Of a stretch of 64,000 nt of DNA, positions 1-12,500 are shown piece after piece; the first letter of the stretch is position 1; each line of letters begins with the position of its first letter. Under the pieces are notes generated by a model. It had not been told where the DNA came from, searched no databases, and worked only from the letters and a program-made list of their open reading frames with translations. The stretch comes from Plasmodiophora brassicae. Its lineage: Eukaryota. Where the stretch lies: assembly GCA_036867785.1 (NCBI GenBank), contig CP145415.1, positions 992,001 to 1,056,000 on the forward strand. The letters are read 5' to 3'. A program made the position numbers and the translations under genes.

Positions 1-864
1 GAGCTAACTGCTGACAGTGCAGTTCATGGAGACAGACATGAGCCATTATTGCAGCACGTTCGGGCCCAGTTCCCGCGGCCAGACTGACACAATACAACAA
101 TCTGTACGTCCCATAACGGTACGCCCGGCATTTATGATGATGCCCAGCTGTCATCGCGTCTCATTATTTCCCGCACTGCGCCTTACGTTACCCCAACGGT
201 TGTCGTGTTCCACGGCAACGGCTGCACGTTGCAGGATGACTACACGCTTAAGGATTGGTACGCCACACGTAGCTTCAACGTCAAACGTACCGCGGGTACC
301 CGGGCAGCACAGGCGGCATTGTTAAATCCGGCGAGCTTGGCATCTTCTACGACGTCCAAGCTGTTATCAGCGAGCGCGTCCTCCGGCGTGGCGTCCCCCG
401 GGACACGATCCTGGTCGATGGCGTGTCAATGGGCGGCGCATACGCCGCCATGCCCGCCAAGCACTACAACCTGCCATGCACGCTGGGCCATACGTTCACG
501 ACCGCCGACGCCATGATCGCTAAAGTCCCCGCCTCAGTGGTACCGTCGAACCCGGAAGGCCCGACGCTGAGAGGGTTCGCGTCGGGAGTGTCGAGCAGCG
601 CCTTCCGAGTCGGCTTGTATGATCGTCTCCCTGCCGAAGCCGGGTTTCTCGAACCCAACACCCCGTTTCTTTCCGACGGCATGCGAACCATCGACAAGAC
701 TGGAGCGTCCCGGGTCAGCGTGTTCGTCCTGTTCGGCGCCGAGGTACGGCCCCGATGATGTCGGAGAGCGGATGCCGACGCTCACGATGGCCGTCCCTGG
801 GGGTCACCAGGAATTCTTCACCGTCCACCGCCGTGTGTCCGACGCCTACGACGTGTACATGTAG
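1..864 (+). CDS. Alpha/beta hydrolase (ABHD13/BEM46-like), 3' part; possibly frameshifted near 744
   Basis: The spliced reading gives VFHGNGCTL, nucleophile elbow LVDGVSMGGAYA, a TFTT motif and a C-terminal VPGGH (stop at 864). There is a frame change between FGAE (about 743) and the His-containing tail. Confidence 0.55.
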
Positions 865-976
865 GGGCCTGTTCCCGCTCCAACACTGACCCTGTATGTT
901 CCATGTCCCACAACGGTACGCCCGTGCGATCGCGTCTAGGTCGTTGTCATGGTGGACCTGTGGTGAACGACGCGCT

Positions 977-3900
977 ATGAATGCAGGCGCGGGTGCGAAG
1001 GCGCGCCCACGTGGCGTCCCGATCCAGGTGGTCGCCCGCCTGGCGTCTGGCAGCGGCGGCGCCAGCGTCCAGGCGACCGACCGGCGCCTGGTCACATCGG
1101 CCGGCGACGCGTTCGAGTTCGGGTCAGTGCACGACAACGCCTCGGTCCAGGTCGTCTACAACCGGGACCTGGCCCTGGTCGTCGGCACCGTTCCCGATGG
1201 GCAGAACTGTACGATCCTGTCGCTGGGCGCCACCGGCTCGGGCAAACGCCAGTTCCTGTTCGACGCCGACGCGCCCTGCGTCGCCGCGCTGGCCGTCTCC
1301 CAGCTGCTGGCGGCGACCCGCTCCCGACCCGACACCGACCTCGCCGTCCAGTTCATCGAGATCTTCAACGACACCGTTCACGACCTGCTGGCGTCCGCGC
1401 CGTCGCCCACCCCGCTGACGGTCGACGATAGCGAGTTCGGGCCGGTGGTCCCTCGCGCCCGATCCATCACCTGCGCGGACGACCACGACTTCGCCATCGT
1501 CCTGTCCGATGGCGTCGCCCGTCGAACCAGGGCCATGTCCGAGCACGGGCCGTTCGCCGATCGTGCATCGTGCGTCATGCTCGTGACGGTGACAACGCGC
1601 GCCGGGCCCTGCCCGCGACGGACGCGCCTGATGCTGGCCGAGGTGCCCGGCGCCGAGAAGCTGGCCGTCGACGTCGGCACGTTGCGCGCCACCGAAGGCC
1701 TGCAGATCAACCGGGAGCTGATCGCCCTCGACAACGTCGTCCGGGCGCTGAGCGACGGCGACGACCAGGCCGACTTTGCGAATTACGCCGAGTCCAGGAC
1801 GACCGAGGTGCTCGGCGACGCGCTGGGTGGCAACGCGAACGCGGTCGCCGTCGTCCACGTGGTCGCCAGCGACCCGCTCCCGGCAACGCTGGCCGCGTGC
1901 CGATTGGCGCGCGCGATGAAGAGCGTCGTCAACTACCCGATCGTGAACGACGAGCGCGCCCAGGGCCTGATCCGAGTCCTGCGCCTGCGGTACATGGCGC
2001 TGCTGGACGAAGTGAAGGCGTTGCGCGCGTCGCCGGCCGCCGACGACAAGTACCAGGACGCGCAGCAGGCGAAGGCGATGATGGTGGACCTGCAGGGGAA
2101 GGTCATCGCGGCGGAACGGGGGCGCTCGGCGGCCGTCAACGAGAAGCAGAAGGTGGTGGCGATGCTGGCCGACGTGCGCGCCAAGTATAGGGACCTGCTG
2201 CAGGCGAAGACGACGCTGCAGGCCGAGCTGATCGCGTCCGAGGAGGAGCGCCTGAAGCTGTCGCAGACGCTGATCGACATGCAGATGCACGAGACCGACC
2301 TGCGGGAGACGCTGGCCAACGATAAGTACGAGCTGGAAACCAAGCTGCTGACGTGCGAGGGCGACATCGTCGACCTGCAGGTCAAGGAGAAGCGGCTTTC
2401 AGATGAAGTCAGGGAGAAGGCGAAACGGGTCGAGGACCTGGAACGGGATCGCCAGGCGATGTCCCTGGAGTACGTTGCGCTGCGGCAGAACTATGACAAC
2501 GTGTTCGCCGACCAGAACGAGACGCGGGCGAAGAACGAGACCCTGGGCCTGGAGCTGCTGAACCTGGTCAACGTCAAGAAGGAGCTGACCGAGCAAAAGG
2601 GCCAACTCGAGGAGCAGAACGCGGTGCTGGAGGCGACCGCCAGGGAGGCGACGACGACGCGGACCGCCCTGGCCGACCAGTTGCAGGCGGTGCAGGCGTC
2701 GGAACGCGTCCTGAAGGTCGAGAACGAGAACCTGTCGCTGGTGTCCATCAAGAAGGACGTCGAGCTGAAGCAGTTGCAGACCGAGTTCGAGGCGCGCAAG
2801 GTCGCCATGGAGCGGCAGGCGATCGACCTCATCAAGGACAAGGACGCCGAGCTCGCCGCCTTCAGGCAGGTCGCCGACAAGGAGGCGCACAAGATGCTGT
2901 CGGCAAAGGTGGAGCTCGAGAAGGCCAACGAGCGCCTGCAGGCCGACGTCAAGATCGCGCAGCGACGCCTGGCGCAGATCGAGGCCGACCTGGCCGCCCT
3001 GGCCGACCTGAACGCCCGCCAGGACACCGACCTCGTCGCCGTGCGCGAACGCCTGACCCAGCAGTCCGACGAGTACCGCCGCCGCCTGCTCCAGTACGTC
3101 AACGAAGCGTCACCGGTCGAAGGACCGGCGCCGAGCGCCATGCTGGCTGAGCTGGTTCGCGAGCACGGCGCCATGGAGGCGCGGCTGAGGATGGAGACGG
3201 ACGAGCAGCGCCAGGCGGCCCGGGTCGCATTACGCCGGTTGAGGAAGTTGGCCGGCCTGTACCGCGACCTAGCGTACCACGTCGAGGATGGCGCCGCCCG
3301 GGATCGCAGGCCAAAGATCCTGTCGGACCAGGAGATCGCGGATCTGGCCCAGGAGATGGCGCAGAACGAGGCGTCGTGGCAGGCGGAGATCGACGCCGAG
3401 CGCGCCCGCGTTCGTAACGCGCAGACCGAGGTCGAGGCGCTACGCGAGGACGCGGTACGCGCCGCCGAAGACGCCAAGCGCACGCAGGCCAAGCTGAAAC
3501 ACGACATTGACGAGCTCACCAAGGCGAAGGAGCAGGTCACGTTGGAGTTGCACCTGGTCAAGACGGCGCACGCCGCGTGCGGCGCGACAGGGAAGGCGTC
3601 TGAGACGACGGGCGTCGCCGTTGAGATGCTGAGCGCCATCAAGAAGGACCTGGAGATGATACGAACGAGCGCGCTGGGTGCCGGGGCGTTGCAATCGCAG
3701 GAGACGTCGGCGTTCGTGCGAGGCCAGCTCGAAGACCTGCGCAAGGAGAACGATGTGTTACGGGGCAGGCTTCGGGTGGCGAATTCAGGCGAGGCGCGCG
3801 GGAATGCATCTACCGACGAGGTCGCGCAGCTGATGGAGGACATCGCCAGTCTTCGGGCGCAGATACGCGCGGCGAAAGAGGCGGAAGACCGGGTGCTGAA

Positions 3901-4114
3901 CGCGGCTGACCCAGGGAGACCAAAGACGACGGAGGAGGTCGAGAAGGAGCGCGCGGCGATGGCGATGCGATGCGCGCGCGCCGAAGCGCAGCTGAAGCAG
4001 TTCCAGGAGTACCTGCAGAAGCAGTTGGTCGCGCACGAGAAGGAGAAGCGCGCCCTGAAGAAGCAGGTCCAGGAATGGCGCGTCAAGGCCACTTCGACGC
4101 CACATCAAACATAG
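977..4114 (+). CDS. Kinesin-like protein with degenerate motor domain fused to a CCDC78/DUF4472-like coiled coil
   Basis: Intronless ORF with P-loop-like LGATGSGKR, FIEIFNDTVHDLL, INRELIALDNVVRAL, YAESRTTEVLGDALGGN and VVNYPIVN. The coiled coil contains SEEERLKLSQTLIDMQM...KYELETKLL and EYVALRQNY...KNETLGLELLNLVN. Confidence 0.8.
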   Translation: MNAGAGAKARPRGVPIQVVARLASGSGGASVQATDRRLVTSAGDAFEFGSVHDNASVQVVYNRDLALVVGTVPDGQNCTILSLGATGSGKRQFLFDADAPCVAALAVSQLLAATRSRPDTDLAVQFIEIFNDTVHDLLASAPSPTPLTVDDSEFGPVVPRARSITCADDHDFAIVLSDGVARRTRAMSEHGPFADRASCVMLVTVTTRAGPCPRRTRLMLAEVPGAEKLAVDVGTLRATEGLQINRELIALDNVVRALSDGDDQADFANYAESRTTEVLGDALGGNANAVAVVHVVASDPLPATLAACRLARAMKSVVNYPIVNDERAQGLIRVLRLRYMALLDEVKALRASPAADDKYQDAQQAKAMMVDLQGKVIAAERGRSAAVNEKQKVVAMLADVRAKYRDLLQAKTTLQAELIASEEERLKLSQTLIDMQMHETDLRETLANDKYELETKLLTCEGDIVDLQVKEKRLSDEVREKAKRVEDLERDRQAMSLEYVALRQNYDNVFADQNETRAKNETLGLELLNLVNVKKELTEQKGQLEEQNAVLEATAREATTTRTALADQLQAVQASERVLKVENENLSLVSIKKDVELKQLQTEFEARKVAMERQAIDLIKDKDAELAAFRQVADKEAHKMLSAKVELEKANERLQADVKIAQRRLAQIEADLAALADLNARQDTDLVAVRERLTQQSDEYRRRLLQYVNEASPVEGPAPSAMLAELVREHGAMEARLRMETDEQRQAARVALRRLRKLAGLYRDLAYHVEDGAARDRRPKILSDQEIADLAQEMAQNEASWQAEIDAERARVRNAQTEVEALREDAVRAAEDAKRTQAKLKHDIDELTKAKEQVTLELHLVKTAHAACGATGKASETTGVAVEMLSAIKKDLEMIRTSALGAGALQSQETSAFVRGQLEDLRKENDVLRGRLRVANSGEARGNASTDEVAQLMEDIASLRAQIRAAKEAEDRVLNAADPGRPKTTEEVEKERAAMAMRCARAEAQLKQFQEYLQKQLVAHEKEKRALKKQVQEWRVKATSTPHQT

Positions 4115-4608
4115 AACTATTAACATAGTTATACTCCCGCTGATGGTGGAGCTGTCCCGAGGATCTTGGATCCAGTGAACTTGCCGGACAGCAGGCGACG
4201 AATTTGTGAAACCTCCCCGTCTGCACATGATGGCTACGTTCCAGTAGGAGCCGCTGCCCCAGACGATGTCCAGGCAGGATGTGCAACAGGTCCTAAAGCA
4301 AGACGACTGCGAGGAACCACGATCCAGGTCAACGCGTTACCTGGATCGTCGTGGTCCCAAGGCAGCCGTCAACGTGTCGAGTTCTGACTGCTCCTACTAC
4401 TCCGTTTCGCCCAGGAAAACGTCGGTGCCGGCACAATTGTGAACTTCGACAAGGTTCTGCCCTGATTCCGGTGACGATGATCAGCTTCGTGACTCGCGCA
4501 TCCCACACGCCGGCAATGGAACGCCTGGCAGGTAGGACAGGTAAATCTCAGATGGTGGTTGCATCGTCACCTAGAAATTATAATTACTATATGCACACGT
4601 CGTCATCG

Positions 4609-5744
4609 TCATGTAAACCCGCGCAGGAACCCGGGTATAGGAACCTCGACGACAGCGCGTCTCGAGGTCTGTGGGTCGTCGAGTTCGAACGGGCCGAACT
4701 GCGTCCTGGTCGTTCGGTAGGGACGCAGGCCGGCCCATTCCAGCGCCGCATTCACCTTGGCGTTCTTCCCGTCCCGTAACGTTATCTTCAGCACTGCCGA
4801 TTCAAACGCAACGATTCAGCGATACGTGCAGGCTTGCTCGGAATATGAGGACCCTTACGTGCCGTCGTCGGGCCCTTGTACCGGATCTGGATCCGCAACG
4901 CCTGAAACGTGACACTGTCGGGCGCCGTCACACCGGCCCGCAGGGCGTTCAGTTTCTCCATGTCGATCTGCGTCGTCTTCGTCAGCATGACACAGAGGCA
5001 ATCCACCAGGGGCTGACGACACAAACCGTTCCGTTGACGTTGACCAGGTACACGCGTTCATACGCGTTGCTCGGATCTGTCAAGTGGGCGGCCAGCTTCG
5101 AAGACGTCGTCAGGAGGAGCAGGCCTTCGGATGAGGCGTCCATCCGGCCAACAGGCAGCAGGTTTTTAGGGATGTCCAGCTTCCGGTTCGCCTGACCGTA
5201 GATGCTCTCGTAGACGGTCAGGATGTCTGGACGTGGTCGCTTGCGCTCGACGACCTCGTCGCGCGCCTTATGGTACTAGAAACACACACACACACACCCG
5301 ACTTATTATATACTACCAGGCGATATCGATGGTGACCTAACGATGAACAGGCGGGGGCGTTGTGGACGCAGCACTCTGGATCCATCGAGGGCGACCATTG
5401 CCGATTCGGCGTCGATCAGCTCGCCCGCATTCGTGGTCACCGCCCGATCCACAGTGATGCGTCCATCTCGGATAAATTGTTCGGCGTCCCTATGCGGGGG
5501 GTTTGCATCCCGGTCAGACCATCAGGCACCGACCGACCAAGACCGACAGCGCCGAATATACTGACCGTCTCCTGAAGCCACACGCGGCCACGAACTTCGA
5601 CAGACGTCTAGGAAGGGCTACGCGGCGTTCGGGTTCCGTGCCTACCTGCTCCCCAGCACCCTCAGCGATACCGCGGGTGCCGTACCGGCGCACGCCTCGC
5701 CAGCGGCATCTCAAGGACAACGACGCAAGGCGCGCCTGCGCCAT
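4609..5744 (-). CDS. RsuA/RluB-family rRNA pseudouridine synthase, probably mitochondrial (multi-exon)
   Basis: Arg-rich transit-peptide-like N-terminus, S4-like RLSKFVAACG, catalytic motif PVGRMDASSEGLLLLT, YERVYLV, and C-terminal ITLRDGKN...RTQFGPFEL. Confidence 0.8.
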
Positions 5745-6466
5745 TTATTCGATGCAGCCGCCGTCGCGGACGAGGCGCCGTAGGCATTCCCGGTATACCC
5801 CTGGATGGGGCGAGGCCACCTTCTCTTCGGTGTACGCTTGCATTGCTGGTATATCGTGTCACTTTCGTACCCGTTGTTTGCCTGCGTAGCAAACAGCATG
5901 TGTCAGCCACATCATCCAGAAACGGGTACGATAACAGTCTCCAACCGTGGCAGGATGTCCAACCGCCGTCAACCCTGAATGCCTGTTGGCACCATGATCG
6001 AGCTGCCTTAACCGGGTGAGTGTACCGCCTTCGCCATTGTTCCCGCTCCGTGCTGAACAACTTCGCGCATTACGTAAATGCGACCAACTCGTCTCCACGG
6101 CAGGTGTCGGCGGACCCCATGAAGGACGCAGCTTCAGGAAGAAGTGCTTTCAGCGACACGAGTCAAAAGTGGAGAGCATCATTGCACGGGCTGGTCAGTT
6201 AAGTTCAGATTAATCCGCATGAAACAAATGATCAAGAACGGGAGTAAACGTGGATTTCGAAGACCAAGCAGCATCGTGGCTTCGGAAAGAAGCAGGATGG
6301 CATGACAGCGGCAGACATGTCGGCGGAATGCCGACTGCGGACTGTCCCATAGACTTCTGCCGATCGACGTAGTCGTCCGACATCTGCCCGAGCCAGCCGC
6401 CAGGAACTAAAACACGTCGAGACCACATCGATAGGACGATGGGGGACACCATGTTGAAAAAGTTAA

Positions 6467-6540
6467 AGCCCAACCCGGGGCTCGAACCCGGAGCCTTGAG
6501 ATTAAGAGTCCCACGCTCTGACCAATTGAGCTAGCCAGGC
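6467..6540 (-). tRNA. tRNA-Lys(CUU)
   Basis: The reverse complement folds into a cloverleaf with anticodon arm TGGGA-CTCTTAA-TCTCA and T-loop TTCGAGC, followed by a T-run. Confidence 0.95.
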
Positions 6541-6616
6541 TTGCCACGGGGCAGCATGCAGTTGCATCACTATCAGTATTAGATAAAACTGCGGAAGGTG
6601 CGCTGCCAAAATAGTG

Positions 6617-6690
6617 AGCCCAACCCGGGGCTCGAACCCGGAGCCTTGAGATTAAGAGTCCCACGCTCTGACCAATTGAGCTAGTCAGGC
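6617..6690 (-). tRNA. tRNA-Lys(CUU)
   Basis: Second copy, 150 bp from the first; differs at one acceptor-stem position. Confidence 0.95.
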
Positions 6691-7143
6691 TTGCTACGGA
6701 ATCATGCAGTTCCACGGCCATCTGAATGCGCAATGCTGGCATTGTAAGTAATCTGCAGTGACCAAGCAATCTTCACAGCGTATCCGGGTGCCATTGATAT
6801 TTGATAGCGAGCCGGTATCGGACCCTGGTTGTCACCGGCGAACTGCATTTTGGCCAGTTTAGACCATTCGTTGCTCAAGTGTCGCTTGCGCGTCTGGTAA
6901 ACAGTTGGATCCTAATCTATCGCTATGGCCTGTGGCCTATCGGCGACAACGTGGAACACTCCATCTGGCGACAAGTGGATGGGCGAGAATTGCGCAACCG
7001 TCCACACTGTATTTACCTTCCCGTATTACCGAACCGACTGGTAGGTAGACACAGTTATGTTATCCTCGGCATTACGACGACATTCGGCAGACCTACAGGT
7101 AGAACGACCCACTAATGATAAAGTAGAGTAGTGCAACCCGTAA

Positions 7144-7217
7144 GCCTGACTAGCTCAATTGGTCAGAGCGTGGGACTCTTAATCTCAAGGCTCCGGGTTC
7201 GAGCCCCGGGTTGGGCT
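7144..7217 (+). tRNA. tRNA-Lys(CUU)
   Basis: GCCTGACTAGCTCAATTGGTCAGAGCGTGGGACTCTTAATCTCAAGGCTCCGGGTTCGAGCCCCGGGTTGGGCT, followed by a T-rich Pol III terminator-like tract. Confidence 0.95.
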
Positions 7218-8046
7218 TCTTTGTTTTGGTCTGCTTTCGTTTGTCGGCATGTGACACGGGCAGCAGGACTGACATGACGTATCCCTGGGCGAGCGACCAT
7301 CAGCGTTGAAACGTCGCAGCACGAACTGTTTTTGACTTTTTGTAGTAACGGTCTCGGCACGTTGGCCCGCGACCACTCTTCGAACAACGTTGAAATACAA
7401 CGTCAGTATTCTTGTTGAACAATTAATTTCGTAAGGTGTTTCGAAACTTCGCGCAACGCCAGATTGTTTGCTGCCTGCTACGGTGTCGTTAACTACATTA
7501 GGAATATGACGAAACCTCTTGCTCCCCATGGTGACAACTGTGCACAGAACACTATGCCGCCTTGAATATGGGCTCCATACGTTCCTTTCTCCCGAAGATG
7601 CAGGTCGATAGGTCGGAACCTCAGACGTTGCGATTGAAGTGGCAATCATCAGTATACTAGGGCATCGTTCAGGGAGCCGTCCTGCTCAGGGACTGTCAGC
7701 TGCGAAGGCACCGGGTGAACTTGTTGCAGTAACCCCTGCAACAGTCCTGCGCTCCATATGCATTTCCGCTTCCGTCAGAAGTACTTGCAAACCCGTGGAA
7801 CAGCATCGCGAACGACGACGGAACAGCTGGAACATGCTGGCCGACCAATCGCAAGGTTGCAGCATGCAAACAAGAATCGCGTCGATTCTGAGCAAGAACT
7901 TTCTAAAAGTAATGTACGCATGTCACTCGCAGAGCACCATCTGTTCACCACCCGCTGCTGCGACGCCTTCGTTTCAGCACAGTCCCTACATAGGGATCTC
8001 GGGAACTGAAATGGGTTTAATACTTACACAAGGAATAATAGCTGTT

Positions 8047-9167
8047 TCACAAGGTAACGACAACAACGGTGATATCGTCGATGACGTCCTCTTCGGCCTT
8101 CCAACGCTTGGTGCTCTCCTCCAGCAGGGCGCGGCATGCCTCGCCCGCTGTCGCACAGCGCGCCACGATGTCCACAGCCTGCTGGCTGTCAATAAACTCC
8201 CAGACGCCATCCGTCGCTATAACCAGGAACCGGTCCGCTTCGTCGCGAGCCGTTTCCGTGACCTGCAATGAAAACGATGCTTCAGGTCGGCGCATACATG
8301 TCGACATGTCTATCCCATACCTCGGGTTCAGCGATGACGCCAATGGATTTCGCGACCGTATCGCCAAAGCTGCGCGTCATGGCCAGCCCTGGGATATCCT
8401 GATGGTAGAGCCAGACGCGAGCGGGACCGACGGGTTCACCAAGCGGCCCGCGACACGGTTGCACCCGGCCACGATTCCGGACGATCCTGTCTTTCTCGTC
8501 TGCGCGGTCGGGTTTGTGATCGACCGACAACGGAATGGCAACGACACTGCCCTCGGCAGTGCCCCGACCGAGCACGGCGCGGGAATCGCCCGCGTTCGCC
8601 GTCACGATCTTGTCCTTGGTCACGTAGGAGACGACAGCGGTCGTCCCGGAATACGTTGAGTTGATCTTCTTGTTGGATTCCAGGGCGTCAGCGGTTTCAA
8701 GGAACGCGTTCGTCAGCGACCCGCGCAGGTCGTCGTCGTCAGCGCTCATCATCGACATGAGCTTCAGCGGCAGGACATGCGACACGAACTCGCTGACGTC
8801 GTGGCCGTGCACGCCGTGCCCGTCAAAGACGCCGAACAAGGCCGCGTCAGGACGGCCGGCGAAGTCGACGCAGCGGATCAGGCGGTCCTGGTTGACCTTG
8901 CCCGGGTTGAACGCCACGTATCCGACATGGCTGACGCTGCTGACCGACTTGAACGGGCGCTGCGTTGTTCAAACCGCCTCAGATGTGACATACATGACGC
9001 CACGTCCCGACCGAGCAGCCTACCTCGGCAGCAGAATGGGATGTCGACGACGTGGCGTCGCCATCATCGCTGACGACCGCGTTGTCGTCTTCGCTGTCGA
9101 GGTCGACAACGACAGGCGGCGCCTTTTTCTTACTCGACATTGGCCAGAACGCAAACTTCCCGCTCAT
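8047..9167 (-). CDS. Protein phosphatase 2C (PPM family), multi-exon
   Basis: Motifs NQDR, FGVFDGHG, SGTTA, ANAGDSRAVL, LSVDHKP, GLAMTRSFGD, IATDGVWEF and DDITVVVV. Confidence 0.95.
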
Positions 9168-9585
9168 GCCGGCGACGCGGACGAACGACTGGCCGTCCCT
9201 CGACACGGGCGATCACTGCCCGCCCACCGTACTAAACGTGCCACCGCACACAGTACTACCTATATACGCACCTGTGACTGCGACACGCCAAGGAGTTGCA
9301 GGCGTTGGCCCGACCACATAGGACGATAAATCGCTAACACGCGCCGGGGCCGCTCGTTAAACAACGCTGGACCATCACCCCAAATAATGTCCGGGCTCCG
9401 GCGCGCGCGCTTCACGGCTCACCGGCAGTCACCACCTGTCCACCACTGCGCCGCAGCCTGCAGCCCACAGGGCGGACCGAGCCGAGCGTCGACCCGGCTC
9501 GGGCCCAAAAACCCACCGGCGAAGCTGAATGCAGCGTTGGCGTGTTTACGCACAGTTGCAGAGTCAGGGTCTTCCCTGGGCCGTA

Positions 9586-12500
9586 TCAGAAGGTGATCAC
9601 GTCGAGGTCAACGCGGATGGCGTGGCTGGACTCGTAGGCGGTGACGGCCTTCCAGACGCTGTTGGCGAGCTTCGACGGGCCGCACACGTACACGGCCACC
9701 GTGAAGAGCTCGTTCGGGCGAGCGGCGTGGGCGCGCTCCATGATGCCCGGGAACGCCGTCGCCATCGGCGGCGGTTTCGACGATGTGATCGTCGTGTCCG
9801 CGTTCTTCGAATGCGGGATGGTCTTACCGGGGCGTGTCAGGTACGCGTCGAAGCGCAGGTGCGGGTAGGATTGTGGTCCATTGGTATGCTTCGCGATCGC
9901 TTGGTCGATCGTGTCCTGGAACCAGGACAGCTCGGAGGCCCCGGGGATCATCCACAGCAGGAAGACGTCGCGCGTGTTCAACGACGGGGGCCCATCCGGT
10001 CGGCAGTAGATGTCGCGGATGATGGAGATCATGGGCGTCACGCCAATGCCGCCGGCAATCAGAACGACCACGTCGTAACGCTGTTAGGAAGACCGGTCAG
10101 TCACCGCCCTGTGCTCGGTGACAGCCAGCCAGCGCCGAACCTTGTACGACATGGCCAGGCGCCCGTACGGCCCGTCGACCCTGCACTTCAGCGCGTGCGT
10201 CGACGAATGCTGCTCGAGGGCGGCGAACCCGGTGAGCGCGCACGTGAAGTCGCCGGCCAGCTTGATGGTGAACTCAATGAACGGGTCGTGAGGCGCGCTG
10301 CTCAGCGTGAACGGGTGCCACTCGGTGCGGGACACGATCGGCACGTTCAGGTACATGAACTGACCCACGTGGAGCTTGGACGATTTCGACTTGGGCAGCC
10401 GGATTTGAACGGCGCCCCCGCCTGGGAGCACAGAACACGACAACGGCGCCTGATGAAACGTCAGCGGACGAGTCGTACATGCGGCGGCGGCGCCCAGGTT
10501 CGCACCTTCGCCTCCAGGCCACGAGCGTAACGCAGGATACGATCGACGGTCCAAACGACGACGGCGGCAATGACAAAGTTGCCCTGGATGACGGGCGCGT
10601 GCAGTGTGGCGAACGTGAAGAACGTGATGAACGACATGACGTGCAGCACGAGGAACGAATCGAAACAGTAGCGGCGAATGGCGGGCAGCGATTCGAGCAC
10701 GATGAAGAGCATCAGGAGCCAGGCGACCGTGCCCCATGTGTTCTTGCTGGTCGACAGCAGGATGCTGACGTTCGCCAGCACCGACTTCTTCAGGTACAGC
10801 GAGTACGCGCCGTGCACTGAGCTGATCCCGAACAGGAACAGGCCCAACCAGCGATGGAACTTGATGGCGCGTTCGAATGGCACGCGCAGCAGGAGGAACG
10901 CCAGCGAGTTCCTGGTCGCAGGGATCGCCACCCACATCGACGTTGCTGTGAATGGCAGAGGTTACGAACGCGGATACGGTGCAGGGATGTGCCCGCAGGT
11001 TACCTGAGGCGATGGACCCGAGACGCGACTGGACCGACAGCGCCGACATGGGCCAGATGTAGACCCAGGCGAACGCCAGGAACACGTACATTGTGAACGC
11101 GATGAACGACGCCATCGACGCCTGCGCGCTGGGCATCTTCGCCTCGAGCATGGCCCTCAGCTTGAGACGGGGGCGGCTGTAGATCGACTTGGATGGCAGC
11201 GGCTTCTCTGTGGCCATCGCGGTCGTGCCCCCGGCGACGCTCATCGCGGGGGGCGCACCGGGCGACGCCCCTGTGGTCGTCCGCGCCGGCGGCCCGTTGA
11301 AGAAGGACGGTATGACCACCAGCTGCGCTTCGCCGCTGAACGCGGCGGCGAGCTTCTTCGCGACCTTCTTCGCCCTTCGGAGGTACATGGCGACCAGGGC
11401 GGTGCGCACCAGGCGTGTCAGGCGGACGACGGCCACGACGCCGAGGACGCCCGCCACCGTCAACGAGAACGCGAGGCCGGCGTCGGTGCCGGCTGCCATC
11501 GCGACGCCCACGAAGTTGCTCGTGAACAGGTCGACCTGGACGATGCCGCTCGAGTCGTGCATGGGGAACCAGCCGACGCCGCCGTCGTAATGGGACCAGG
11601 CCCACGACATGTACACGGGCGACCCGGGCGTGAACGCCAGGCGACCCGCAGGCGCTAACGGCCTCTTGAACGTGACGCTGGTGGCCCCGTTCTGCTGGGA
11701 GCCGCTCACCTCCGTCAGCACCAACCCACCCGGGAACGGGTCCGGTTGCGTCTGCGACGACGAGAACCCGTTGAACACGGTCAGGTTCCCCGACGCATCG
11801 TCGATCCACGCCGTCGCCGATTCCGTGTTCAGGTGGCCGTCCGGGACGCTGGACCACCCGAGCGAGATCCACCCGGGCGTGCTGCCCGACAGCTTGAACG
11901 TGACGACGTTCGCGATCGTGTCCGTCGTCCAGGACACGTGCATGACGCCGTCGGCGGTGACGAAGGCGCCGTTCCCGGCCGAAGGCGTCCACGACGGGAA
12001 GAAGGAGATGGGCGCCACGCCGCGGTTGTCGTGCTCCGGGTACGACGTCGGCGATTGCCCGTCCTGGCTCGAGTAGGCCCAGCTGGCGAACAGCTGCGGG
12101 CCACCGGGGACGATGTCGAGGTGGTTCGCCGTCCCGATCACCAGCGGCCTCCGGAACCGGATCGTCGTCATCGGCGTGACGCCGTCCGACGCCCGGGCCT
12201 GCGTGCCCGAGATCGGCGTCACCGCCGGGTTCGTGTCGACGACCGGCGTCGTCCGCGAATTGGAGAACGCGTCGAACAGCGTCAGGGCGCCGGTGCGATC
12301 GTCGACCCATCCGACGATGGAGCTGGTGTTCGCGTGGCCGCCGCCCGTCGTCGACAGGCCCAGGCCGACCCACCCGCCCGTCATGGCCTCCACCGTGAAC
12401 GTCACCGCCGTCTGGTCGGACGAGATCGCCCACGTGATGTTCATGACGCCGTCGATCGAGATGATCGTGCTCGACGACGACGACGCGGCCGGCGGGAACG

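Noticed and set aside
1124-4092. Long antisense ORFs (388 aa, 533 aa) over the kinesin-like gene
   Set aside because: Shadow ORFs caused by GC-rich codon bias; they have no domain-like content.
5282-5298. (AC)n microsatellite
   Set aside because: Short intronic simple repeat; ordinary.
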